40,833 bases of DNA from an uncultured Burkholderiaceae bacterium (lineage in GTDB: Bacteria; Pseudomonadota; Gammaproteobacteria; Burkholderiales; Burkholderiaceae_C), in assembly GCA_964622735.1 (NCBI GenBank), contig CAZUUN010000001.1:1-40833 (forward strand), written 5' to 3'. The notes beneath the pieces are model-generated. The model saw only the letters and a list, made by a program, of their open reading frames with translations, did not search any database and was not told the origin of the DNA. Below, one piece after another: positions 1 through 9,166 of this stretch (its first letter is position 1; each line of letters opens with the position of its first letter). The position numbers and the translations under genes were made by a program.

Positions 1-67
1 AATGAAAGAATGCGTGATTCTAGTGCCTATGTTGCAGCGCAACAAGCTTAAAACCCCAGCCCAGTCG

Positions 68-1174
68 TTAAAACGCAGCGGGGCCGCTGGCCAATTGCCG
101 CAGAGCAGCGCGGCGCGCCTCTTTAGGCAGCGGCGCGATGCGACGCAGCTGCGCATAAAACTGGCCAAAGTCTTGGCCCGAGTGCTCGAACACCGCCTCA
201 AACTCGGGCACCAGTTCGTCATAAGTGGCAAGCCCCGCAAAATAAGCATTGTTTGCGCCTGCCACCCAAGCATCGTATTGCCGGCCCAACTGACCCGCCG
301 CTTGCAGCGCCGCATAGTGCGTGCGCCAGCGCTCCATGGCTTGCACCTTGGCGGCTTGCTTTTGCGCCACCGTCCAGTCAGCATGGGCATAAATAGCGGC
401 CAGCTCGCGCCGCACGCTCAGGTTCAAAGTGCGAAAACGCGCGCGCTGCACTTGGCTGCTGGCGTAGCGGCTGCGCACTGCGTCTGATGCCTGGGGCCGC
501 GCCAACCAGCGCGCCACGCCCAAGCGCTCGACCGCCGTGGCAAAGCCCTCGTTAAAAGTGCTGTCGTCGCTGACATAGAGCACTTGGTGCGCCAACTCAT
601 GAAAGATCAGCGCAGCCAAATCGCCCTCTTCACCCTGAATAAAAGTCGAGAGCAAAGGGTCGCCGCCCAACCAGTTGAGGTAGCCCAAGGTGGAGTAAGC
701 GGGCACACCATACAGATAGACCTCCCAGCCCGCTTGCGCCAGTTGTTGGGCGAGCGCTTGCGCGTCGGCCTGTGCATAAAAGCCTTGGTAGCTGACGCAG
801 CCCATGAATAAAAAGCAGTTGCTTTTGGGCTCGAGCCCATAGGCGGGCGCGGCCACCACATTCCACACCACGGCTGGGCGCGCAATGTCGGCATAGCGGG
901 TGTAACTGGCGTTGCGCGGCAGCGCCAAAACATCGCTGGCATAAAGCCGCAGCTGCTGCGCCAGCGCCAAACGCTCTTGCAAATGCCGCGTGGCTGGCGT
1001 GAGTGATGGCGCACTTGCTGGCGGCTGCAAGAGCTGCACCACGGGCTGCGCTGCCGCCAAAATGCGGGCGTGGCCCCAGACAGCTTGCACATAATAGCGC
1101 CCAGAGCCTGCACCCAGCCAGTAAAGCGCCACGCCAAGCGCCAAGGTCAAAAAGAGAAGAAATGCGCGGTACAT
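68..1174 (-). CDS. predicted zinc aminopeptidase (DUF2265-like 'putative aminopeptidase' family)
   Basis: ORF 68..1207 (-). HExxH motif in FHELAHQ. N-terminal hydrophobic anchor MYRAFLLFLTLALGVAL. ATG at 1174 preferred over the GTG at 1207, but the start is uncertain. Confidence 0.65.
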   Translation of the reverse strand: MYRAFLLFLTLALGVALYWLGAGSGRYYVQAVWGHARILAAAQPVVQLLQPPASAPSLTPATRHLQERLALAQQLRLYASDVLALPRNASYTRYADIARPAVVWNVVAAPAYGLEPKSNCFLFMGCVSYQGFYAQADAQALAQQLAQAGWEVYLYGVPAYSTLGYLNWLGGDPLLSTFIQGEEGDLAALIFHELAHQVLYVSDDSTFNEGFATAVERLGVARWLARPQASDAVRSRYASSQVQRARFRTLNLSVRRELAAIYAHADWTVAQKQAAKVQAMERWRTHYAALQAAGQLGRQYDAWVAGANNAYFAGLATYDELVPEFEAVFEHSGQDFGQFYAQLRRIAPLPKEARRAALRQLASGPAAF

Positions 1175-1296
1175 GGCGCAATTGTGAGACAAGCTTAAGC
1201 TTCGCACACGGCGCGCACGAAGCGCTGGGCAGACCCATTAGAATAGTTCATTCGCAGAGATTTCGTTTTCTGCTCTTTTTAGATACAGGTAGTCCC

Positions 1297-1524
1297 ATGT
1301 CTTTATTCACCGCCATTGGCCGCTTCTTCCAGCGCCCGCTCTATACCTCAGACATCATGACCATGGTGGCCGAAATGCGCACCCAAGACAGCAGCCTAGA
1401 GGCGCGCCAACGCGCCGGCCGCGCGCTGTTGTGGGAACGCCAAGCCAGCCGCGCCCTGCAAGCCGACATGGAAGCGGGTGAAGTGGCGCAAAAGCCCTAT
1501 CCTTACCAAAGCAGCGGCCGTTAA
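1297..1524 (+). CDS. DUF3460-family small protein (75 aa)
   Basis: ATG at 1297 inside ORF 1003..1524. MSLFTAIGRFF...GRALLWERQ...VAQKPYPYQ matches the remembered RALLW / AQKPYxYQ signature of the small Burkholderiales DUF3460 proteins that sit upstream of yajC. Confidence 0.6.
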   Translation: MSLFTAIGRFFQRPLYTSDIMTMVAEMRTQDSSLEARQRAGRALLWERQASRALQADMEAGEVAQKPYPYQSSGR

Positions 1525-1549
1525 TTTTTTCCTTTCACTCCTTATATTT

Positions 1550-1903
1550 ATGTCTAACTCATTCATCTCTTCTGCCTACGCCCAACAAGCCCCTGCGCCA
1601 AATGCGCCAGCCGGTGTCGGTTCTATGTTCTCAGGCATGTTGCTGCCTTTGGTTTTGTTCGGGGCGATGTTCTTTTTGATGATTTGGCCGCAAATGCGCC
1701 AACAAAAGAAAGCCGCCAAAGAGCGCGCTGACATGATGGCCGCCTTGGCCAAAGGCGATGAAGTGGTGACGAGCGGCGGCATGCTGGGCAAAGTCAGCAA
1801 ATTGGGCGACAACTACGCCTCGCTCGATGTGGGCGGCGGCACCGAAGTGCAAGTACAGCGCTCGGCCATCACACAGGTTTTGCCCAAAGGCAGCATCAAG
1901 TAA
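1550..1903 (+). CDS. yajC: preprotein translocase subunit YajC
   Basis: ATG at 1550 in ORF 1478..1903. Single TM plus FFLMIWPQMRQQKKAAKERADMMAALAKGDEVVTSGGMLGKV, the classic YajC core. Lies directly upstream of secDF. Confidence 0.9.
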   Translation: MSNSFISSAYAQQAPAPNAPAGVGSMFSGMLLPLVLFGAMFFLMIWPQMRQQKKAAKERADMMAALAKGDEVVTSGGMLGKVSKLGDNYASLDVGGGTEVQVQRSAITQVLPKGSIK

Positions 1904-1918
1904 AGTCCAGCCTCAGAC

Positions 1919-1964
1919 CACTATTTATTTAATAGCTGCTCAGGCAGGTTTGGCGGCTTAAAAG
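1919..1964 (-). repeat. dispersed intergenic repeat, copy A (short form)
   Basis: Core at 1933..1957; its reverse complement is GCCGCCAAACCTGCCTGAGCAGCTA. Lies between yajC and secD. Positions 1921..1952 are identical over 32 nt to copy H (34357..34388). Confidence 0.9.
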
Positions 1965-1985
1965 TCACTTTTTATACTTATTTTT

Positions 1986-3893
1986 ATGAACCGATATCCG
2001 CTCTGGAAGTACCTTCTTATCCTCGCTGTGCTTTCATGGGCGGTGTTGTATACCATCCCCAATTTTTATGGCGAAGCGCCGGCCGTGCAGGTCTCCAGCG
2101 CCAAAGCCACGGTCAAGGTCAGCCCAGCAACCCAGCAAACCATTGAGAGCGCGTTAGCTGCCGCCAATATCCAGCCTGACTTGGTCAAGCTCGAGGGCAA
2201 TTCAATCAAAGCACGCTTTGACACGAATGAAGAGCAAGCCAAAGCGAGCGAAGTGTTGAAACACACGCTCAACCCCGATCCGAGTGACGAGGGCTACACC
2301 GTTTCGCTCAACCTCACACCGCGCACCCCCAGCTGGATGATGCGTTTGCACGCGTTGCCCATGTATTTAGGTTTGGACTTGCGCGGCGGCATTCACTTGA
2401 TGATGCAAGTGGACACGCAAGCGGCCTTGTTGCAAAAGGCGGAGGCGCGCAGCGGCGAGATTCGCCGCTTTCTACGCGAGAAAGACCTGCGCGTGAGCGG
2501 CATTGAAGTGTCTGGCAAAAGCGTGACCGCCAAATTCAGCGATACGCAAAAAGCCAATGCAGCCAAAACCGCGCTGACGGCACAGTTTCCCGATCAAGAG
2601 TTTGTGTTGCAAGGTACGGGCGAGAGCAGCCAGTTGCTGGTCAACTTCAAACCTGAAGCGGTGCTGAAAATTCAAGAAAACGCACTGCAACAAAACATCT
2701 CCACCCTGCACAACCGGGTGAATGAGCTGGGCGTATCAGAGCCCGTGATTCAGCAGCAGGGCCTAGACCGCATCGTTGTGCAACTCGCTGGCGTGCAAGA
2801 CATGGCGCGGGTGCAGCAAATCATCGGCCGCATTGCCACACTGCAAACACGCTTGGTCGATGAGTCGCTCGAAGGCCGCGCCGCCAGCATGGGCGATGGC
2901 AATGTGCCGCTGGGCTCGGAGCGCTATTTGGACGGCGACAAAATTCCTGTCATCGTCAAAAAAGACATCGTCTTCAGTGGCGACAACCTGACCGACGCTT
3001 GGGTCGACCAAGACAATAACGGCCAGCCCGCCGTGGGCGTATCACTCGACAGCATAGGCGCGGCTGCTTTCAAACAAGCCACGGGCGAAAACATTGGCAA
3101 GCGCATGGCGATTTTGCTGTTTGAAAAGGGCAAGGGCGAAGTCATCACGGCGCCAACCATTCAGGCCCGCTTGGGCGAACGCTTCATCATCAGCGGCAGC
3201 ATGAGCTCGCAAGAGGCGGCAGACACCGCACTGCTGCTGCGCGCGGGCTCACTCGCCGCGCCGATGGAAATCATTGAAGAGCGCACCATAGGCCCGAGCT
3301 TGGGTGCAGAGAACATCAAGGCAGGCTTTGACAGCGTGCTCTACGGCTTCGTCGCCGTCGCCCTTTTCATGTCGGTGTACTACATGCTGTTTGGTTTGTT
3401 CTCGACCTTGGCACTGGGGTTCAACTTGCTCATGTTGGTGGCCGCGCTGTCTATGATGCAAGCGACGCTGACGCTGCCGGGTATGGCCGCCATGGCCTTG
3501 GTACTGGGCATGGCCATTGACGCCAACGTCTTGATCAATGAACGCATACGCGAGGAGTTGCGCCACGGCTTACCTCCGCAAAAAGCCATCGCTGCGGGCT
3601 ACGACCGCGCTTGGTCAACGATTTTGGACTCGAACATCACCACCCTGATTGCGGGTTTGGCTTTGCTGGCCTTCGGCACGGGCGCGGTGCGCGGCTTTGC
3701 CGTGGTGCATTGCTTAGGCATTGCCACCTCCATGTTCTCCTCGGTGTTCTTCTCACGCGGCTTGGTCAACTGGTGGTACGGCGGCAAGAAAAAACTGCAA
3801 ACGATCGCCATCGGCACCGTTTGGCGCCCCGAGGGTGGCAGCCAACTGCCCATCCCCGATGACAGTGACGACACCACAGCCGCAGCCCAATAA
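1986..3893 (+). CDS. secD: protein translocase subunit SecD
   Basis: 635 aa. N-terminus MNRYPLWKYLLILAVL is typical of SecD. Large periplasmic domain followed by a C-terminal 6-TM block; followed by secF. Confidence 0.97.
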   Translation: MNRYPLWKYLLILAVLSWAVLYTIPNFYGEAPAVQVSSAKATVKVSPATQQTIESALAAANIQPDLVKLEGNSIKARFDTNEEQAKASEVLKHTLNPDPSDEGYTVSLNLTPRTPSWMMRLHALPMYLGLDLRGGIHLMMQVDTQAALLQKAEARSGEIRRFLREKDLRVSGIEVSGKSVTAKFSDTQKANAAKTALTAQFPDQEFVLQGTGESSQLLVNFKPEAVLKIQENALQQNISTLHNRVNELGVSEPVIQQQGLDRIVVQLAGVQDMARVQQIIGRIATLQTRLVDESLEGRAASMGDGNVPLGSERYLDGDKIPVIVKKDIVFSGDNLTDAWVDQDNNGQPAVGVSLDSIGAAAFKQATGENIGKRMAILLFEKGKGEVITAPTIQARLGERFIISGSMSSQEAADTALLLRAGSLAAPMEIIEERTIGPSLGAENIKAGFDSVLYGFVAVALFMSVYYMLFGLFSTLALGFNLLMLVAALSMMQATLTLPGMAAMALVLGMAIDANVLINERIREELRHGLPPQKAIAAGYDRAWSTILDSNITTLIAGLALLAFGTGAVRGFAVVHCLGIATSMFSSVFFSRGLVNWWYGGKKKLQTIAIGTVWRPEGGSQLPIPDDSDDTTAAAQ

Positions 3894-3907
3894 GAAAGCG
3901 CAGAATC

Positions 3908-4927
3908 ATGGAATTTTTCCGCATCAAAAAAGACATCCCGTTCATGCGGCACGCTCTCGTGCTGAACGCGATCTCCTTCATCACCTTCGCCTTGGCCGTC
4001 TTCTTCTTGTTCTCTAAAGGCCTGCATTTGTCGGTCGAGTTCACGGGCGGCACTTTGATCGAAACGGCTTACCCGCAAACGGCTAATCTGCCGCAAATAC
4101 GCGACACCGTAGCCAAACTTGGCTACAGCGATGTGCAAGTGCAAAACTTTGGCAGCCCGCAGGATGTGCTCATCCGCTTACCCGCGAAGAAAAGCATCAA
4201 TGCCCAAAAACAAACCGAACAACTGTTTGCCGCTTTGTGCGCCAACGAGGCAGGTGAAGTGCAAACCCTGGCCGCCGAGGGCCGCACCACCATTGCCTGC
4301 TTGAAGGCGGGCCAGCATGTGCTCGACCTCAAGCGCAACGAATTCGTCGGCCCCTCGGTCGGCAATGAGTTGTATACCAACGGCATCAAAGCCTTGGCCT
4401 TTGTGATCATCGGCATCATGATTTATTTGGCCGTGCGTTTTGAATGGAAGTTTGCGGTCGCCGCCATCATTGCCAACTTGCACGATGTCATCATTATTCT
4501 GGGCTTCTTCGCCTTCTTCCAGTGGGAGTTTTCACTCTCGGTGCTCGCCGGGGTCTTGGCCGTACTCGGTTACTCGGTGAACGAGTCGGTGGTCATCTTT
4601 GACCGCATCCGCGAGAACTTCCGCCGCTACCGCAAGCTCAATACCCAAGAGGTGATCAACAACGCCATCACATCGACCATCAGCCGCACCATCATCACCC
4701 ACGGCAGCACGCAGTTGATGGTGCTGTCCATGTTCTTCTTCGGTGGTCCGTCCTTGCACTACTTTGCTTTGGCGCTGACGATTGGTATTTGCTTTGGTAT
4801 TTACTCGTCGGTTTTCGTCGCTGCGTCCATCGTGATGTGGTTAGGCGTCAAACGCGAGGACTTGGTCAAGGCGGTGCCTATTAAAGAAGGCCAAAGCCTT
4901 GAAGAATACGATGGTGCGGTGGTATAG
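3908..4927 (+). CDS. secF: protein translocase subunit SecF
   Basis: 339 aa. MEFFRIKKDIPFMRHALV N-terminus and a SecF-type TM block (GYSVNESVVIFDRIRE). Confidence 0.97.
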   Translation: MEFFRIKKDIPFMRHALVLNAISFITFALAVFFLFSKGLHLSVEFTGGTLIETAYPQTANLPQIRDTVAKLGYSDVQVQNFGSPQDVLIRLPAKKSINAQKQTEQLFAALCANEAGEVQTLAAEGRTTIACLKAGQHVLDLKRNEFVGPSVGNELYTNGIKALAFVIIGIMIYLAVRFEWKFAVAAIIANLHDVIIILGFFAFFQWEFSLSVLAGVLAVLGYSVNESVVIFDRIRENFRRYRKLNTQEVINNAITSTISRTIITHGSTQLMVLSMFFFGGPSLHYFALALTIGICFGIYSSVFVAASIVMWLGVKREDLVKAVPIKEGQSLEEYDGAVV

Positions 4928-4949
4928 TTTTTCGAGTGTCATTCACTAG

Positions 4950-7499
4950 GTGCATTCAACCCGAGGCGGGGCACCTGAAAAACACCACACTCAGCTGTCA
5001 CCTGTACCCCACCAGAGTCCTTCACGCGTGAATCAAGCCCAGAACCTCACTCAGCCGAATTTTTCCTTGGCCGCCGAAGCGCGTAAGCTCTTCGAGACGC
5101 GCGTGCAAGAAATGCTGACGCTGCTGGGCGAAGAGATCAATACGCACCTGAGCGATTTACTCAACGAGACGCGCAGCGCCCGCGAGATGCAAAGCCGCCG
5201 CGATGTCTGGGTGGCTTTCCCTAAATTGCGCGCCCAATGGCTGGCGCAAGTGCTCAGCACTTGGCGCAATATGGCCGACTCATCCAACACGCAGCCTGGC
5301 GAGCTGGGCTCGATAGGTTTGTCTCTGATTGAAGACGATTCGGTCGAGAACAAAATCTTGGCCTCGCGCTTGGCACTGCGCATACTCGACAAAGTCACCT
5401 GGGAGTTGAACGACCTGACGGTGCGCATGAAAGCGCTGGAGAATATTCCCGAGCTGAACAAAAAAGACATCCTGCGCCCCGAATCCTTGGCCACCGCTTT
5501 GGTCGATGAGTGGGTCAATCTGGGCTTGGCGCGCGAAGTCTGGCCTTTGGTACAAGACAAAGTGCAAGCCTTTCTGAGCGAGCATTTACCCGCCGCCTAC
5601 AAAGAGGTCAACGCCCTGCTGATCAGCCGCAATGTCATGAAAGAGATTGACTTGCGCAATATGGTCAAACGCACACCAGGCGGGGGTGGCGGTGGTGCTT
5701 CCGCAGCGAGTGCGAGCGGCTTTGCCAGCACCGGCGACAGTGGCTTGCAAGCGCCCCAGACAGGGCCGCAAACGGTGAACGGCGGGCAAGAGCCGAGTTA
5801 CGCCAGCTACGCACCCAATCAAGGCGGCCAAAGCGCCTATAGTGCGCCTGCTTCAGCGGGCGGGCAAGGCATGGGCTACGCGCAACCGGGCGCGCCCAGC
5901 TATGGCGCCGCCGCGCGCGCGAGCAACGCGGTCGATCCATCTGCGCCCCCCATGGTGCCAGGCGCACCTTCGCGTCGGCATTTCGGCTTTAGCGTGGCCA
6001 ATTTGCGCAGCCACGCCGAGAACATCATGGGCGGCATCAAGCGCATACTGCCCAATATGGGCGGGGGCTATGCGCACGCGCCGCAATTAGCCCAAGCCTT
6101 GGCCGCTGGCGAGGATGGCTCGGCGCCACTGGCCCAAGAGCCGCTGCTGCAAGCGGTTGATTACGAGCAAGCGCCGCCAGGCGGTTATGTAGCCGCGCAC
6201 ATTGAACGCGCCCAAAGCGCCCTGCGCGCGCACTCGAATGCGCTGAAGAAAATGACCGATGAAAAGGCCGAGAAAGCCATCATCGAATTGGTTGCATTGA
6301 TTTTTCAAAATATCATCAACGAAGAGCGCATCACACCGGGCATCCGCATTTGGATTGCGCGTTTGCAAATGCCGGTGCTGCGCTTGGCTTTGTCCGAGCC
6401 CGAGTTTTTTGAAAAGCTCGACCACCCTGCGCGTCAACTCATCGACCACATCGGCTCTTGCGTCTTGGGCTTTGGCTCGGGCGAGATGCCTGAAAAAGAG
6501 CTGGAAATCGAAATCAAGCGCATCGTGCAGGTCATTGAGCAGTACCCCGAGACCGGCAAACGCGTGTTCGAGTTGGTCTATGCCGAGTTCAAGCAATTCT
6601 TGAGCAAATACTTGGCCAACAAATCCGACTCCGCAACGCGCATGGTCTCGCTGGCGCAGCAAGTCGAAGAAAAAGAAACGCTGATCATCAAGTACACCAT
6701 CGACATGCGCGACCAGCTGGGCAAAATGCCGCTGCGCGATACCATCCGCGACTTTTTGTTCAAAACTTGGTCGCAAGTACTGGCCGTCAGCACCGTCAAG
6801 TTTGGCGCGCAAAGCGCGCAAAGCCTCGAATTCAAACAAGTCGCCCCCGATTTGGTCTGGGCCACCAGTGCCAAATCGAACCGCCAAGACCGCCAAAAAG
6901 CCATTCAAGAAGTGCCCCAGATTTTGGCGCGGCTGCGCGCCGGCATGGTGCTGCTCAACTACAGCGCCGAAGAGCAGAATCAACACATTCAAGACATCAA
7001 CGCCACGCTGACCGATGCTTTCATGTCCAAAACCGAGCCGATCGAGCAAGAGGTTTTGGCCGCACTCTCCAAACGCCTGCGCAATCTGGAGGAGTATGTC
7101 AGCGACACCGACATCAGCGGCGAGATGTCGCTCGATGCTGAGAGCATCGAAATGGTTTTAGGCATCGATACCTCAGGGCTGAACCTCATCACAGGCGAGA
7201 ACGCGCCCGAACCGCACGAATCGATCAAAGCCTGGATTAACTCCTTGACGCTGGGTTCGTGGCACCGCATCGACCACAACGGCATGGTAGACCGCGTGCA
7301 GTTTTGCTGGCGCAGCGACAAGGGGCAGCTGTTCCTGTTCTTGTCGGCTGACGGCAACGCCTATCTGTTCCAGCGCAAAGGCTTGGCGGCTTATCTCAAC
7401 ACCGCGCTCTTATTGCCGGCCGAAGAAGAAGCCCTCACCGTTTTGGCCACACGCGATGCGCTGAGTAAACTCGAAGCCAACCCCGACCGCGTGTTTTAA
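4950..7499 (+). CDS. DUF1631-family protein with an internal Gly/Ala/Pro/Gln/Ser-rich low-complexity segment
   Basis: 849-aa ORF with a GTG start at 4950; an in-frame GTG at 5028 is an alternative. Overall layout and the conserved central block (IWIARLQMPVLRLALSEPEFFEKLDHPARQLIDHIG) recall DUF1631. No catalytic motif recognised. Confidence 0.6.
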   Translation: MHSTRGGAPEKHHTQLSPVPHQSPSRVNQAQNLTQPNFSLAAEARKLFETRVQEMLTLLGEEINTHLSDLLNETRSAREMQSRRDVWVAFPKLRAQWLAQVLSTWRNMADSSNTQPGELGSIGLSLIEDDSVENKILASRLALRILDKVTWELNDLTVRMKALENIPELNKKDILRPESLATALVDEWVNLGLAREVWPLVQDKVQAFLSEHLPAAYKEVNALLISRNVMKEIDLRNMVKRTPGGGGGGASAASASGFASTGDSGLQAPQTGPQTVNGGQEPSYASYAPNQGGQSAYSAPASAGGQGMGYAQPGAPSYGAAARASNAVDPSAPPMVPGAPSRRHFGFSVANLRSHAENIMGGIKRILPNMGGGYAHAPQLAQALAAGEDGSAPLAQEPLLQAVDYEQAPPGGYVAAHIERAQSALRAHSNALKKMTDEKAEKAIIELVALIFQNIINEERITPGIRIWIARLQMPVLRLALSEPEFFEKLDHPARQLIDHIGSCVLGFGSGEMPEKELEIEIKRIVQVIEQYPETGKRVFELVYAEFKQFLSKYLANKSDSATRMVSLAQQVEEKETLIIKYTIDMRDQLGKMPLRDTIRDFLFKTWSQVLAVSTVKFGAQSAQSLEFKQVAPDLVWATSAKSNRQDRQKAIQEVPQILARLRAGMVLLNYSAEEQNQHIQDINATLTDAFMSKTEPIEQEVLAALSKRLRNLEEYVSDTDISGEMSLDAESIEMVLGIDTSGLNLITGENAPEPHESIKAWINSLTLGSWHRIDHNGMVDRVQFCWRSDKGQLFLFLSADGNAYLFQRKGLAAYLNTALLLPAEEEALTVLATRDALSKLEANPDRVF

Positions 7500-7530
7500 A
7501 GCGTTTTTGACCATTTTTATGGCTCATTTT

Positions 7531-7577
7531 GCCAAAATAAGCCGTCAAAACTGCCTGAGCAGCTATTTTAAGTATAG
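7531..7577 (+). repeat. dispersed intergenic repeat, copy B
   Basis: Core 7541..7565, GCCGTCAAAACTGCCTGAGCAGCTA. Lies between the convergent DUF1631 gene and cysS. AT-tract flanks extend across 7501..7590. Confidence 0.9.
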
Positions 7578-7587
7578 CAATTAAGCT

Positions 7588-8982
7588 TTAAGCTGCGGCC
7601 CAAGTCGTGCCTTGTGGCGAGTCTTTCAGCACGATGCCTTGCGCCAACAACTCTTGCCGAATGGCATCAGCCAATGCGAAGTCTTTGGCCGCTTTGGCGC
7701 TTTGGCGCGCGGCAATTTTTGCAGCTATCGCGACGTGGTCGTGACCTGTGGTGACGCCTTGCAAAAAGCCGAGGGGCTCGCCCTGCAACAGCCCCAAGAC
7801 GCCGCCGAGTTGGCGCAAAAGCTCAGCCAGCGCCGCGTCTTTGCTGCGGTTGATGTCGCCCGCCAGATCAAATAAAACCGCCATCGCCTCGGGCGTGGCA
7901 AAGTCATTGTCCATCGCTGCTTTGAAGCGCGCCGCATAGGCATTGCCCCAATCGATGCCGCCGCCAGGGGGCAGTGCGTGGGGCACCGCAGCCAGGGCGG
8001 TGTAGAGGCGTTTGAGGCCGCTGTGCGCGTCTTCCAAATGCGCATCGCTATAGTTCAAGGGGCTGCGGTAGTGCGTGCGCGCGACAAAGAAGCTGATGGT
8101 TTCGCCATCATAACGCTGCAGCACGTCGCGGATGGTGAAAAAATTACCAAGACTTTTGGACATTTTTTCGTTATCGATATTCACAAAACCGTTGTGCAGC
8201 CAATATTTGGCCAAGGGCTGGCCCGAGGCCCCTTCGCTTTGCGCGATTTCGTTTTCGTGGTGCGGAAACTGCAAATCAGCGCCACCGCCATGGATATCAA
8301 AGCTTTCGCCCAGCAAACTGCAACTCATGGCCGAGCATTCCAAATGCCAGCCTGGGCGGCCGCGGGCGTAGCCTGTTTCAGCGGGCTGCCACTGGGCATC
8401 TTCAGGCTCACCCGCTTTAGCCGCCTTCCACAAGACAAAATCCAGCGGGTCTTGCTTGCCCTCATCCACCGCCACGCGTTCGCCCGACTGCAGCTCATCG
8501 AGTGATTTGCCTGACAACTTGCCATAGCCTAGGAACTTGCGCACGGCAAAATTCACATCCCCACTAGGCGTGACATAGGCCAAGCCTTTGTCCTCTAGCT
8601 TTTGCACCAAACCCAGCATTTGCGGCACATAGTCAGTTGCACGCGGGTCATGGTCGGGGCGCTGTATGTGCAGGGCATCGGCATCGCGGTACATCTCGGC
8701 GACCATGCGCGTGGTCAAGGCACGAATGGGCTCTTGGTTTTGCAGCGCGCGCTGAATGATTTTGTCGTCAATGTCGGTGATGTTGCGCACATAAGTGAGC
8801 GCGTAGCCGCTGGTGCGCAGCCAGCGCTGCACGATGTCGAAAGTCACCATCGAACGCGCGTGGCCAATGTGGCACAAATCATAAACCGTCATACCGCAGA
8901 CATACATGCGCACCGCGGACGGATTCAGCGGCACGAAGGCTTCCAGCGAGCGTGACAAAGTGTTGTAAATGTGTAAAGACAT
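7588..8982 (-). CDS. cysS: cysteine--tRNA ligase
   Basis: 464 aa. HIGH motif (CHIGHARS), KMSKS motif (EKMSKSLGN), class I synthetase layout. Confidence 0.97.
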   Translation of the reverse strand: MSLHIYNTLSRSLEAFVPLNPSAVRMYVCGMTVYDLCHIGHARSMVTFDIVQRWLRTSGYALTYVRNITDIDDKIIQRALQNQEPIRALTTRMVAEMYRDADALHIQRPDHDPRATDYVPQMLGLVQKLEDKGLAYVTPSGDVNFAVRKFLGYGKLSGKSLDELQSGERVAVDEGKQDPLDFVLWKAAKAGEPEDAQWQPAETGYARGRPGWHLECSAMSCSLLGESFDIHGGGADLQFPHHENEIAQSEGASGQPLAKYWLHNGFVNIDNEKMSKSLGNFFTIRDVLQRYDGETISFFVARTHYRSPLNYSDAHLEDAHSGLKRLYTALAAVPHALPPGGGIDWGNAYAARFKAAMDNDFATPEAMAVLFDLAGDINRSKDAALAELLRQLGGVLGLLQGEPLGFLQGVTTGHDHVAIAAKIAARQSAKAAKDFALADAIRQELLAQGIVLKDSPQGTTWAAA

Positions 8983-9166
8983 ACGAGGGGCAAGCGCAGG
9001 GCGTGAATAAAACTCAATGTACGGCTGAGGGTTTAGGGTCGTTTTGCGTACACTAGCGAGCTTGGAGGCAGTAGCTGCGGCCGCAAAGGGCTAAGCTACA
9101 ATCTACAGCAGTATAAATGATGGTCTAGGCTGCTGGCTTTGCTGCGCGGCGCTGGCGCCCAAAATA

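Noticed and set aside
607-1238. Two overlapping minus-strand ORFs (176 aa and 202 aa) and the plus-strand ORFs 2..487 and 1003..1296 in the aminopeptidase region.
   Set aside because: These are alternative frames of the same GC-rich segment. Only the 68..1207 frame carries the HExxH motif and a sensible N-terminal anchor. Only the last 228 nt of ORF 1003..1524 (from the ATG at 1297) look like a real gene.
5677-5720. A G-rich run (CAGGCGGGGGTGGCGGTGGTGC) considered as a G-quadruplex or regulatory element.
   Set aside because: It is simply the codons for the GGGGGG stretch of the low-complexity region of the DUF1631 protein. It has too few regularly spaced G-tracts.
6087-7049. A 320-aa ORF on the minus strand inside the DUF1631 gene. 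Similar long antisense ORFs lie at 24215-25168 (in sdhA), 30683-32002 (in norB), 25750-26454 (over sdhC/D), 9125-9592 and 10355-10825.
   Set aside because: These are typical shadow ORFs of GC-rich coding DNA. They are Arg/Ala/Gly/His-rich low-complexity translations with no motifs, and each is fully overlapped by a gene with strong family signatures on the other strand.
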